A DNA stretch of 64,000 nt from Nanobdellota archaeon (GTDB lineage: Archaea > Nanobdellota > Nanobdellia > Woesearchaeales > UBA11576). Every line of letters starts with the position of its first letter. Position 1 is the first letter of the stretch. This document shows positions 27,399 to 37,450 of the stretch, piece by piece. The stretch lies in assembly GCA_042576705.1 (NCBI GenBank), contig JBHPEY010000001.1, positions 72,980 through 136,979 on the forward strand. Direction: 5' to 3'. Below the pieces are notes generated by a model, which worked only from the letters and a program-made list of their open reading frames with translations, searched no databases and was not told the origin of the DNA. Position numbers and translations under genes: made by a program.

Positions 27399-29442
27399 CA
27401 GAGCGTATAAGCTCAGGTACAGCCTCAGGCATGATCGACCTGTTGACCATCAGCTCATAGACAGCCATTATCTCTTCTTGGGTCTTTGGCGGGGGGTATT
27501 TCTGCGGGACATGGAAGACGACCTTTTCCGCGTCGAGCATGTCCTCCATCTTGACAGACCACTCACCCATCCATCCACCTATCATAACATCATCCTCTGC
27601 GCCTTTCTGGAGCAGCATTATGTTCAGGTCGTAGGTCGCGTCTGCCCTGAGCAGCTCGAACTCCTGCGTGTTGTTGAACATCTCGCTCCTGTCGAACACG
27701 TCGAACACAGCCAGAGGAGGATCCCTGCTCTCGAGCTGTATTATCGCATACATGTCCTTCTCAAGCATCCTGTAAGAGCCAGGCGCGTTCTGCGGATGGC
27801 GCTTGACATCGAACTTGACAGACTGCGTCGGGAACATGTCTATGAAGAACGGGTCATCGATCCCGTAATGCTGCTTCTCTGTCTCGAGATAGCCGGGCTT
27901 GTCCGCGATGATGATAGGCCCCACGCAGCCATCAGGGAATTTCCCAGACCACTGCAGATGGCGGTTGTTCGACCTTGTGCTGCCCAGGTGACATGACTCC
28001 CTCAGACAGCGGAATGTAATGTTCACCCTTGTAAGCTCAGCGTTCGTGACAGCATCCCTCGCTATTATCGTGTGATCATCTCCGGATGTAAATTCGCAGA
28101 AGTCCATCTCGAACTCAGCGGGCTCGATTATCACCGTCGGCATGAGGCTGCGGTCAGGCTCGTTATGAAAGATCTGCACAGGGAATGCGTAGCGGAAGAC
28201 AAAGCCTGTCCTGTGGAACGCCTCGGGGTCGTTGATGTTCATCATGACAGGGTATGTGAGGTCATAGACGAAGTGGTAGGTCTTCAGGCAGAGGAAAGAG
28301 AGTATCTTCGATTTCAGGTCCTGCACACCAGCCTTCAGCACGCCGTGCTGGTTAGGCGTCGCGAGGAGACGCATGCCCCACTCAGTCTTGTAGGTCGACA
28401 TGACCTTCAGGTCCTTGTAGTCCTCGTCAGTGAACCGGAAATAATACTGGAACCAATCATAGGAATCATCAGGTATGTTCTTGGGAAGGTTCATCGGCGG
28501 CAGTGATGTTATCTTACCGTCCTTGTTCTTCTTCGCCACGATCGTGTTGACGCTCTTGGACTGCTCAACAGCTCTGTGAATTGCTTCGTACACATCATCC
28601 TTCTCCTTGAAAGGCGGGTGGTCTGTGTTCTGGAACCTTGTCGCCGCGACAGCAGATGGCAAAGCCCTGTTCAGCTTCTTCTTGATGTCTGAAAGCAGCC
28701 AGATCTTCTTCTCGCAGTCGAGCGAGAGTCCTGTGAAAGGGATATCATCTGAGGGGTGCGAGGCCATGAGGTTGAGGGTCATGTTCTCATAGAACGTCCG
28801 CTGGTTCTCTGCCTCAAGGATCTCTTTCGCCAGCTCCCACATGCGCTTGAACTTGACGTCAAGCTTGACGACAAACTCTTCCCTGCTCGTGACCTCACCG
28901 CTGCCTTTCGGCTGGATGTCTATCCTGTACTTCAGCTTTATCAGGGTGTCCTTGTCAGCGAACATGACATCTGTCGTGTAATTGCTCAGCTCTGTGATGT
29001 CATATTCATCACGCATCTCAGCGAAGTCGTTGAGGCAGTACGCCAGGTTGATGTTGACATACTCCTGGACCTGGTGCTCTATATATTCTATGCTCGGTAT
29101 GCGGGTCTTTCCCTCATAATACCAGAAAGGGACCTTTGGCGAGAACTCCCCGCCGACACCAGGAGCCAATGCGAGATGCCTTGTGGGGTTGAATGCCAGC
29201 TCCGGCGGGACAGATATGTAACCGCCCTGATCACCCATGGCGCGTATCGCCTCGGTGGCTGTCTTGTCTATGCACGCATCGATGAACTGCACCACAGGAG
29301 GCGCCTTTGGCTGGAGCATCTTGGCGGGCGAGACGCCCTGCGACCTCACGTAACTGTAGATGCCCACAGAGAAGATTATTATTATACCTATGATTATGAA
29401 TATCGTGATCTGCGCTTTCCGGTTGTTTGGAAATAGATCCAT
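27364..29442 (-). CDS. Large prepilin-like (class III signal peptide) protein, paralog 2
   Basis: MDLFPNNRKA/QITIFIIIGIIIIF; start moved to ATG 29442; colinear similarity to 35258-37450. Confidence 0.85.
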   Translation of the reverse strand: MDLFPNNRKAQITIFIIIGIIIIFSVGIYSYVRSQGVSPAKMLQPKAPPVVQFIDACIDKTATEAIRAMGDQGGYISVPPELAFNPTRHLALAPGVGGEFSPKVPFWYYEGKTRIPSIEYIEHQVQEYVNINLAYCLNDFAEMRDEYDITELSNYTTDVMFADKDTLIKLKYRIDIQPKGSGEVTSREEFVVKLDVKFKRMWELAKEILEAENQRTFYENMTLNLMASHPSDDIPFTGLSLDCEKKIWLLSDIKKKLNRALPSAVAATRFQNTDHPPFKEKDDVYEAIHRAVEQSKSVNTIVAKKNKDGKITSLPPMNLPKNIPDDSYDWFQYYFRFTDEDYKDLKVMSTYKTEWGMRLLATPNQHGVLKAGVQDLKSKILSFLCLKTYHFVYDLTYPVMMNINDPEAFHRTGFVFRYAFPVQIFHNEPDRSLMPTVIIEPAEFEMDFCEFTSGDDHTIIARDAVTNAELTRVNITFRCLRESCHLGSTRSNNRHLQWSGKFPDGCVGPIIIADKPGYLETEKQHYGIDDPFFIDMFPTQSVKFDVKRHPQNAPGSYRMLEKDMYAIIQLESRDPPLAVFDVFDRSEMFNNTQEFELLRADATYDLNIMLLQKGAEDDVMIGGWMGEWSVKMEDMLDAEKVVFHVPQKYPPPKTQEEIMAVYELMVNRSIMPEAVPELIRSDEYTGEDEEVI

Positions 29443-29443
29443 G

Positions 29444-30316
29444 TTACCTCTTTTTATTTGATGTCTTCTTGTTCCTGCCCTTGATTGTCCCTGTTCCATC
29501 CTTTGCCATCGTCGCGATCAACCTCAGGTAATAGAACCTGAGCCATGAAAAATAACCGACCAGCAGGATGGTCGAGATTATCGTGAAGACAACCATGTTC
29601 CCTGCCAACAGGAAGATGAACTGGATGAGATTTATGATCACAAGGATGATGATAGAGAACAGCAATGGGATGAGAAACCTTCCGAAACCCCTGATGCCTG
29701 TCTGGTACAGTCCCTTCACAGCGCCGCGCAGGGTCTTCCTCCTGACAAGGTGCGTGAAGATATTTATCGAGAACCAAAACAGCGCAAAGAAAACTACTGC
29801 AAGGATGACGATGCTAAGCACCCCGCTCACAGCACTCACATCCATATTCCTGCCGAAAGTCAGGAACGTGATGAACTGCAGGACCATGAAGATGATGAAC
29901 GACACGATGCCCCACAATATCGACATGACGACAAACCTCCAATACACTCCCCAGGCAAACCCTGTCTTCAATAATGTGTCGTATATCCTGTTCTTGATGA
30001 ATGTCCACACTGCAATGATGAAAAGTATCAGCAGCACAGTCGAGAAAAAGAACGTGCCCAGCACCTTGGCCATGACCTGATCACTTATGGGCGTGCCGAA
30101 TGACGACGCGTAATCCCCGAAGCTCTCCATCTGTGTCCTCAGCCCGCTGATATCATCGTCAAGCGACATGATGCTCCTGTTCCATGTGAAACCGCCTATC
30201 ACGAGCAGGGCTATGAGCAGGAACTCAAGCAGCACGACGTAAAGCAGTCTCCGGTCTATCCTGATGAAGGACTCCTTCAAAAGTCTCCAGTGTCCAGAAA
30301 CAATAGCTAAACACAT
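29444..30316 (-). CDS. Multi-pass membrane protein with basic C-terminal tail
   Basis: About 6 hydrophobic segments; stop 1 nt before the next ATG. Confidence 0.8.
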   Translation of the reverse strand: MCLAIVSGHWRLLKESFIRIDRRLLYVVLLEFLLIALLVIGGFTWNRSIMSLDDDISGLRTQMESFGDYASSFGTPISDQVMAKVLGTFFFSTVLLILFIIAVWTFIKNRIYDTLLKTGFAWGVYWRFVVMSILWGIVSFIIFMVLQFITFLTFGRNMDVSAVSGVLSIVILAVVFFALFWFSINIFTHLVRRKTLRGAVKGLYQTGIRGFGRFLIPLLFSIIILVIINLIQFIFLLAGNMVVFTIISTILLVGYFSWLRFYYLRLIATMAKDGTGTIKGRNKKTSNKKR

Positions 30317-30338
30317 TTTGCGTCAATCCATATATCCT

Positions 30339-31796
30339 TCAAGGCGAAAGCCCTGGTGTCGTTGTTGCAGCGCCTGGAGCGCCTGTTGTCGCACCCGGCG
30401 CCGTGATTATAGGTGTAGGAACGATAGGAGCAGTCGGAAGCAAAGAAGGCCCATCCTCATCCGCAAACTGCTGGTACTCGCGCTCGTAACCAGCGACTAT
30501 CGTCTGACAGATAGGATTGTCCTCTTCGTCAAACATGCCGCCGAATACAGCGTGGACCTGGTCAAAGTTGAGGAACTTGATACAGATGGTATCATACACC
30601 TGCGGGGTCTCAAAATAAAACATGTTCGCTCCTGCAAGGCTCAGCTTCTCACCTGCCTCCAGCTCTATCTCACCATACGTACCGTAGATGTTATAGATCT
30701 CCTCATCAAGGTATATGATGAACTCCATAGGACCCTCACCGGCGCTTATCTCTCCGGATATCTTGTAAGCATAATATGGGTCACAGCTCGCGTTCTCGTA
30801 TCTTCCCAGGACACTCAGACAAGGGTCTATATACACACGCTCGCCTTCCATGTGCGCGAAGCTCCTTCCTGAAGGGGATGTTATGAAACCCCTTGACCCT
30901 GCGAGGTTAGGATCATAGAGATGCCTGTCATCACAGTAATCCTCAGCCCACCTGTTTATCGTCAGGTCCATGCCGAAATCAGACGTGCTGTCAGCACCTT
31001 CACCGAACCATGACGATCCCAGTGTATAGAAACTGCTCGAGAAAGCGCCTCCAAAGATGAAATTGAACCAGCCACCTGAAGCATAGACCTGGTTGGCTAT
31101 GTTAGGCCAGTTAAAACCGCTCTTGAACTCGGCTGCTTTTGGGTCCACAGGTGTTGTCTTTTTGCCACCTGTTTCGCTCTTCTGGGTACGAACAGATTCC
31201 TCGGCAGCTTTAGCATCTGCAGGTCCAGCTTTAGTTTGCGCATCTCTGATATTTTGTGCAAACTCTGCGTCAACCTTGCTTGACTCTCCATTAGTTGGAG
31301 TGAGAAAAACCCCTTCATCACCCCTATCGTCGACTGTCCACGTCACCCCGCCCCGCTTGTATTCGCCCGGGCCTGTGCGTGTGTAGATGTCACCATCCAA
31401 ACTGAAACTGATGGGTTTAGCAGGGGCGGTGGGAGCAGCGGGAGCAGCAGTGGAACCAGGAGCAGCAGAAGAACCCTCTTTTTTCTGTTTTGGATTATTA
31501 GTATCAGCGGGAGCAGCACCAGCTGAAGAATCTGGCGAAGAACCTGCCGCGGCAGGTTGTTGAGGGGAAGTTTGCTCAGCTTGCTTGGTCAGTTCAGAAC
31601 TCAGAGAAGAATCAGTCACTTCACTATCGTAAATACCTTGGCGCCACCACTTTCCATTTTTATATATATAATTATCCAACTCACGCCCTTCCGCAATCTC
31701 AGCATCTACAATATAAGACTGCTGCAAAGTTAGGAACATGCAAATGACTATGCAACTGATAATCTTCAGGATCGTGTCTTGATTCTTCTTATCCAT
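30339..31796 (-). CDS. Secreted or anchored protein with P/A/S-rich linker, internal aromatic-Gly hydrophobic segment and P/T-rich tail
   Basis: N-terminal ILKIISCIVICMFLTL; PAAPTAPAKP linker; GGWFNFIFGGAFSSSFYTLGSSWFG segment. Confidence 0.8.
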   Translation of the reverse strand: MDKKNQDTILKIISCIVICMFLTLQQSYIVDAEIAEGRELDNYIYKNGKWWRQGIYDSEVTDSSLSSELTKQAEQTSPQQPAAAGSSPDSSAGAAPADTNNPKQKKEGSSAAPGSTAAPAAPTAPAKPISFSLDGDIYTRTGPGEYKRGGVTWTVDDRGDEGVFLTPTNGESSKVDAEFAQNIRDAQTKAGPADAKAAEESVRTQKSETGGKKTTPVDPKAAEFKSGFNWPNIANQVYASGGWFNFIFGGAFSSSFYTLGSSWFGEGADSTSDFGMDLTINRWAEDYCDDRHLYDPNLAGSRGFITSPSGRSFAHMEGERVYIDPCLSVLGRYENASCDPYYAYKISGEISAGEGPMEFIIYLDEEIYNIYGTYGEIELEAGEKLSLAGANMFYFETPQVYDTICIKFLNFDQVHAVFGGMFDEEDNPICQTIVAGYEREYQQFADEDGPSLLPTAPIVPTPIITAPGATTGAPGAATTTPGLSP

Positions 31797-31820
31797 CTTA
31801 AATCATCTATCTCAATATAA

Positions 31821-34800
31821 TCATGTCGTAGGTGTTTCGGGAGTCGTCTCTGTTGTGGTCGCGCTTGCGGCCTCTGATTCTGCTTCTGTCTCATCCATGT
31901 CTGTCGCGAATCCCAGGTTCGCGTAGCTCGGGTCATCCTTCAGTGCCTCTTCGCAATAATCGAATGAGATGTCCTTGAACCTGTCAGCAGTGTTCTCCAC
32001 GAGATCAGTGACCAGCGCCGCCAGTGACAGCGCATACATGGCAACCATGCATGCCTTGCAGCCCCAGAAAGCAGGGTTGCCGCATATGCCGAGCGTACAG
32101 CCCTTGTCCATGACAAGCCCCAATACAAACGACGCAGGCTGTTTCACAATCCGGTTAAGGACCAGGCCTATCTGCTCGATATACTGCGTTATGGGAAGCG
32201 CAGCGAATATCTGGCCGGTAGCCCAGGTGCACATCTCATAATCATACTGCTTATCGCACTGCCATTTCGGCCTTCCCTGTGCGGCATCTATCTTCAGGCA
32301 GAGCAGTTTCTTGCACTTGATCTGCCTGTACTTCTCAATGTTCATCAATATACCTGGAAGACATGCTGAACCTGCGCTGGTTATGATACTCCTCGTAGGG
32401 TCAAAATCATCCACTGAGAAGATGGTCAATCCTTCTGTCACGTCCTCCATCCCTTTCCTTTCTTCCACAGTGACGGTCATACCCAGCGACTTGGACAAGG
32501 CCCTATTTGCAGCAGCAAGATTAATATACTCAGCCCAGAAACCATTCCACTTCGCCCACGTCTTCTTGACAGTGCACCAGCCGGTCTTCTTAGGGCAGTT
32601 CGCTACCATGGCCTTCTTCGCGTTCTTTGTCAGCCTGCAGGATATGAAAAGGCCGCACATGAAATACAGCTCACCCATCATGTCCTTAGTAGCGTCTGCA
32701 AGCGCTGCTGTTGTCTGGCCTGCAGTCTGGGAGGCCTTGCAGCCACCAGGCCCAACCACTTTTGCGTTGCACACAGTGGTGAATATCTCCTTGAGGCCTG
32801 CCCACATGGTCATCAGAGACATATACATCTCGATGAAACGGCACATCTCACGGGCGTAAGCCAGTATCATATTGGTATAATGCACAACATCGTCTATCGT
32901 CTGATCCACATCCTTCTCAAGCTGCGCTATCTCATCATTTATGTTGCCTATGTTCTGGCCAAGAGGATTGTTGTAGACAGGTATCGGGAATGAGACATTG
33001 ACCCCTTCAGGCAGTGTCAAAGCCTTTCCTGTGGTTGAGGTCACGATTGACTGCATATAGAATGTGCAGTTCACATAGACCTCATCGACAGAGACATTGC
33101 CCCCTGATCCATCTATCATGTAATATTCAGGCACAGAGCCTGGGTTCAGTGCTATCACAAAGATATCCTGGGTCGATCCGGATCTGAAGTCGCCGAAGCC
33201 CATCAGCCCAACCTCAAACTCGCTGGTGACAGTGTCCTGGTTCACCCAGTCAAGACCTACGCAATCCATCGGATCAAGATTAATCGAAGTGACGCCCAGC
33301 ACACCGCCATATGAATACATGTTGAGCCTGTAATACATCCTGTGGTTGCCGATGCCCCAGCTCAACCGGTCGATGCCGCTCGAAGGGGAAAAGCTGTCCA
33401 CAGCAATCATCCATCTCGTGGCTGAGACATTCTCCTTCTCGAGGATCTCTATGTTGCTCCATGTATATGTATAAGAATGATTTGTGTAATCATAGAATGT
33501 GAAAGGTATCTTCAGTCCGCTCAGGTATCCCCTCATCAACGGCTCACTGGGAGACCACTTGCACTCGAAGATGCGCTGATCCATCTCAGCAGGGTCGATA
33601 TGATTCTCCGTGCAGACTCCTTCTTCAGCCCACTCACCGTTCTCTATGACATGTGACAGGTTCGCGACAGCCTTTGATATGCCTGAATGGTCCTTGACAA
33701 ACAACGTGATCTCCAGCATATCACCTGAGCTCAGGTTTGTCATCTGTCCAGACTCGCCGAGGCCAGTCATGTTGGAATGCGCAAGAAGCGCCGCATCTAT
33801 CTCAGGGGGATCGCGGTCAACCTTGAAATTGCCGTGAGGGACAGGGACTGCGAACAGGTTCTTGGCATCATCCATCGAGCCTGCCATCGGCCTCAGGTAA
33901 AGGGACGTCCCGCTGCTCTTGTCAGTGCCGACCCAATCCCAGAAACAGTTCCAGTCTGGCACGCAGCTGTTGGGATGCATGACTCCGGCGACAGACCCTC
34001 CCTCGATCGGCTGGGCACCGAATGACGCGAAGTCAAGGAACAGCTTACGGTACGCCATGCCTGAATCAGCCTCTACAATACTGGCGGTTATCCTGTTGTT
34101 CTCTTCAGCAACCCAGTAATTGCCCTTATCATCGACGTAACTTGAGTATATCTTGGTGACCACAGGCCGGGTGCTGTCAAAGGTCATCGGGACAGGTGTG
34201 ATCTCATCCAACCTGTTGCCATTGTCATCCTTTGCATAGATCCTCGCAGAGATCGTCTTGGGAGAGCTCATCACCACGAATATCGGGCCGACAGTGCAGA
34301 TGTAGGGTGTGCTGCCTGTGCATTGCGCTGTCATGTTACCAAAGATGGGCTCATGCTCAGGACGCTCACTGAGCCCTGACGCGTTCACGAAGACATCCAG
34401 CAAGTCACCGTCCTCTGAGATATTGAACTCGAGCAGGACATTGCCTATTGTCTCGCCGTTGGTGTATATGACATTTTTTCCGGTCAGGTCAACAATACGG
34501 ATACCAGAGACCACAGGAGGCCTGGCATCTACATTGACATCCGTGCATTCAGTGCTGCTCTGGCCGAGCAGGTCAGTCATCTCGATACAAACCCTCTTTG
34601 ACTCAACCTCTCCTGCGACGACAAGGCCTGTGAGGTTGACCTCCCCATCGAACTCGCATCCTGAAGGGAAGCTATTATTCTGCCCCACGGGCAATCCTGC
34701 CACTGTGAACCTGATGCTCGACATGCCCACGCAGATGTTGTTGCACGCAGACTTATCACATGATTCATCCTTGATATCAAACGCAGCAGTCACGACACCA

Positions 34801-35270
34801 TTCTCATGCGCGGTGTAGTCCACAGGACTCATCAGCTTGGGAGGCAGGTTATCGACAACCACAGATCCACTCTTCGGCGCTGCCAGCGGTGCCTGCGCAT
34901 CACTGAAGAGCCGCACAGTAAAACTGAATATGCCTCCTTTTGAAAGGGAGACCTCAGGATATTCCTTTATGCACTCGAACCTGCCAGCTATCTCTTCGGA
35001 AGGTGTGCAGTTGAAGGTAGCGCCAGGGTCCTCCACAAGACGGACCTGCGTCGGTTCCAGTATCGGGTCATCAGGCACCGTGGCTGTCACGTTTATCACT
35101 GTCGTGTCGGTCTGGCCGCGGAAGTGAGGGATGCCCTGGCCTCCCTGGACCACGACAGAATCGATGGACGCAGCCATGGCGTCAGCCGAATAGATCGGGA
35201 GAGTGACTACTAGGAATATCATGAACATTGCAATGTTTATCAGGTAGGTGTTTCTCCTCATTTTATCCAC
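31821..35270 (-). CDS. Large (1149 aa) secreted protein with Ig-like domains and C-terminal Cys-patterned helical domain
   Basis: Signal peptide ...IFLVVTLPIYSADAMAA; VDN.PP / VDARPP / FDSTRP / VDRDPP Ig junction motifs; C-terminal P..S.I.S....CL.GIL motif shared with the giant protein. Confidence 0.88.
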   Translation of the reverse strand: MDKMRRNTYLINIAMFMIFLVVTLPIYSADAMAASIDSVVVQGGQGIPHFRGQTDTTVINVTATVPDDPILEPTQVRLVEDPGATFNCTPSEEIAGRFECIKEYPEVSLSKGGIFSFTVRLFSDAQAPLAAPKSGSVVVDNLPPKLMSPVDYTAHENGVVTAAFDIKDESCDKSACNNICVGMSSIRFTVAGLPVGQNNSFPSGCEFDGEVNLTGLVVAGEVESKRVCIEMTDLLGQSSTECTDVNVDARPPVVSGIRIVDLTGKNVIYTNGETIGNVLLEFNISEDGDLLDVFVNASGLSERPEHEPIFGNMTAQCTGSTPYICTVGPIFVVMSSPKTISARIYAKDDNGNRLDEITPVPMTFDSTRPVVTKIYSSYVDDKGNYWVAEENNRITASIVEADSGMAYRKLFLDFASFGAQPIEGGSVAGVMHPNSCVPDWNCFWDWVGTDKSSGTSLYLRPMAGSMDDAKNLFAVPVPHGNFKVDRDPPEIDAALLAHSNMTGLGESGQMTNLSSGDMLEITLFVKDHSGISKAVANLSHVIENGEWAEEGVCTENHIDPAEMDQRIFECKWSPSEPLMRGYLSGLKIPFTFYDYTNHSYTYTWSNIEILEKENVSATRWMIAVDSFSPSSGIDRLSWGIGNHRMYYRLNMYSYGGVLGVTSINLDPMDCVGLDWVNQDTVTSEFEVGLMGFGDFRSGSTQDIFVIALNPGSVPEYYMIDGSGGNVSVDEVYVNCTFYMQSIVTSTTGKALTLPEGVNVSFPIPVYNNPLGQNIGNINDEIAQLEKDVDQTIDDVVHYTNMILAYAREMCRFIEMYMSLMTMWAGLKEIFTTVCNAKVVGPGGCKASQTAGQTTAALADATKDMMGELYFMCGLFISCRLTKNAKKAMVANCPKKTGWCTVKKTWAKWNGFWAEYINLAAANRALSKSLGMTVTVEERKGMEDVTEGLTIFSVDDFDPTRSIITSAGSACLPGILMNIEKYRQIKCKKLLCLKIDAAQGRPKWQCDKQYDYEMCTWATGQIFAALPITQYIEQIGLVLNRIVKQPASFVLGLVMDKGCTLGICGNPAFWGCKACMVAMYALSLAALVTDLVENTADRFKDISFDYCEEALKDDPSYANLGFATDMDETEAESEAASATTTETTPETPTT

Positions 35271-37450
35271 TCTGGCTCGAGCTCTGTCCTGTAGATGCTC
35301 GAGTATTTCCTCACCTCGCCTACCTGCTCAAGGCCAGGCATGTTCCTGAGCTGTGTGGTATGGGTAGCCGGCAGCGGGAACCTCAACACAAACAGGTTCA
35401 GCTTCTTGCTGCTGAAAAGCTCGTCTTCAGGCACGTGGAAGTATCCGCTCTCATTATCCAGGGATACCCCTCCTTCCTGCCACCTGTCCATCAAAGTCTC
35501 GTTCAGCTCTATAGGTACATCGTCACCGAATATCCCGCCATCATATACCTTTGTCTCCTTAGGTATCCTCACTGTGTCATTGTAGATCAGGTATCCTTTC
35601 ACCTCGTATGTGCCAGGCATCATCTTCATGGTAGACATCTTTCCCTGACCATAACCAAAGGTATAGGCCCTGTACCCCTTGAGCGGATCCTCATCCACAC
35701 GCTCGAAAAGGAACAGGTACATCTCCTTCCTTGAAAGTGAACTCACAGGCGCAGCAGGAGGCAAGATATAGTTGTAATCCTGATAAGCAAGAGGTCTCGC
35801 GAACACGCTCACGTTTATCATCTTGAAAGGCATCAGCTCGACCGTAAGGTTCTTCTCCCTTGTCGGCGAGGCATAGAACCTGTCCACATGTTCAATATAG
35901 TTAATATGAGTCACCCTGATATCTCCAAGGCCGATCGGGAGCGAGGTCTCGATCACCGACCTGTTCTCAGAGTCGATCTCTGTCAGACCGACATGACAAC
36001 CTTCAACTCCGAACTCCAGCGACACAATCGCATCAGTTATACCTCTGCCTGTGATCCTGTCCTTGACCTCGATCGTCACCGGTGCGCTCTGCTTCTGGTT
36101 CTGACTGCAGATGAGCGTGCCCTGTTCCTCCCTGAAGACCGTCCCATTGCTCATGTTGATCGGCTGATTATACCGCAGGTTCTGCTCCAAAGCGAACCTG
36201 AAGTCAAAGCCTTCCCCTGCAAAAGCAGTATTGTCATTAAGATCTACCATGACAGGATAAGCGACGCTGTAAAGGAATACATATTGCTTGAAACCCAACC
36301 AGCTGATGATAGGTATCGAAATAGTGGTCGGCATGAGCACCTCCCTGTCATTTATGTTAAGATATATAGGCCACCAGTCAAGATAGGTGAACCTCGCCCT
36401 GATGTTCGGGTATGACTTGCCGACACTGATCACTGTATTGTCCATCACACCAGTCCCTGTCCCATCATAGATAAGCTCCCCTGCCCTGTTGTCCTTGAAC
36501 ATCACCACCCGCTTGAAATCCCTTGAACCATTCAGCTGTAGCGATGCTATGCCCGAAGTAAGCATGTTCTGCTCCATCTTCTCCTTTGTCCTGGTCCTTG
36601 TCCAGAAAAGGAACTCTGTGGGATCAAGACTGAACGCGGCGATAGGTGGAAGCTTATTCATGGAGACCGGCTGCGAATACATGGATATCAGGTTCATGGT
36701 GTGGGTCTCAAGGAACTGCATCTCAGCCTCTTTCATTGCCAGCTTTGAGGCAACATCATATATGTCCTTGAAGCGGACGTCCAGCTTTGTGAAGAACGCG
36801 GATATTTCTGTCTTCTTGCCTTCCCTGGAAATCTGGAGCGGATAATCCACAAGTATGGCTATCTCGCGCTCTGCCACCTTTGCGTCTGTCGTGATCCTGC
36901 CAAGCTCGGTTATATCAAAGCCCTGCTCCTGGAACGCCTTGAAACCGTCCACGCATTTCACAAGCTCCCTGTTGATGTAAGCATCAAGCTGTCCCTCTAT
37001 GGAGTAAAGGCTCTCTGTCTTCCTGAGTGGAGGCATGAAACTATCAAACTCGCATGTTCCAGAACACTTGTTGTGCGACTTCAGATACCACCAATACGGT
37101 ATAAAGCCAGACTTGTCGAACAGCATTATACCATCTGATTCTGTGGGCTCCATACCTGTAAGGAATATCGTGCCGCTGATGCTCATGTTGTCTGGATCGA
37201 CATAGCCGCCGTGCAGGCCTATCTTCTCTATGGCTTCCCTGCCGATCTTCTTCACGCAATCTTCCACGAATATCTTTACCGGCTGCGCCTCCAATGACAC
37301 CTCCTCGATCGAGGGTATCAGCTCACCCGACAGTCCTGTCGTGATCTGCCCCCTTATGTAGAAGAGAAGGGCAGACGAGAATAGCAGGATCACTCCGATT
37401 ATCATGAACACTGTGATCTGCGCTTTCCGGTTGTTATGGAATCGTGTCAT
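35258..37450 (-). CDS. Large prepilin-like (class III signal peptide) protein, paralog 1
   Basis: MTRFHNNRKA/QITVFMIIGVILLF; ATG 37450 overlaps the upstream TGA (ATGA). Confidence 0.85.
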   Translation of the reverse strand: MTRFHNNRKAQITVFMIIGVILLFSSALLFYIRGQITTGLSGELIPSIEEVSLEAQPVKIFVEDCVKKIGREAIEKIGLHGGYVDPDNMSISGTIFLTGMEPTESDGIMLFDKSGFIPYWWYLKSHNKCSGTCEFDSFMPPLRKTESLYSIEGQLDAYINRELVKCVDGFKAFQEQGFDITELGRITTDAKVAEREIAILVDYPLQISREGKKTEISAFFTKLDVRFKDIYDVASKLAMKEAEMQFLETHTMNLISMYSQPVSMNKLPPIAAFSLDPTEFLFWTRTRTKEKMEQNMLTSGIASLQLNGSRDFKRVVMFKDNRAGELIYDGTGTGVMDNTVISVGKSYPNIRARFTYLDWWPIYLNINDREVLMPTTISIPIISWLGFKQYVFLYSVAYPVMVDLNDNTAFAGEGFDFRFALEQNLRYNQPINMSNGTVFREEQGTLICSQNQKQSAPVTIEVKDRITGRGITDAIVSLEFGVEGCHVGLTEIDSENRSVIETSLPIGLGDIRVTHINYIEHVDRFYASPTREKNLTVELMPFKMINVSVFARPLAYQDYNYILPPAAPVSSLSRKEMYLFLFERVDEDPLKGYRAYTFGYGQGKMSTMKMMPGTYEVKGYLIYNDTVRIPKETKVYDGGIFGDDVPIELNETLMDRWQEGGVSLDNESGYFHVPEDELFSSKKLNLFVLRFPLPATHTTQLRNMPGLEQVGEVRKYSSIYRTELEPEWIK

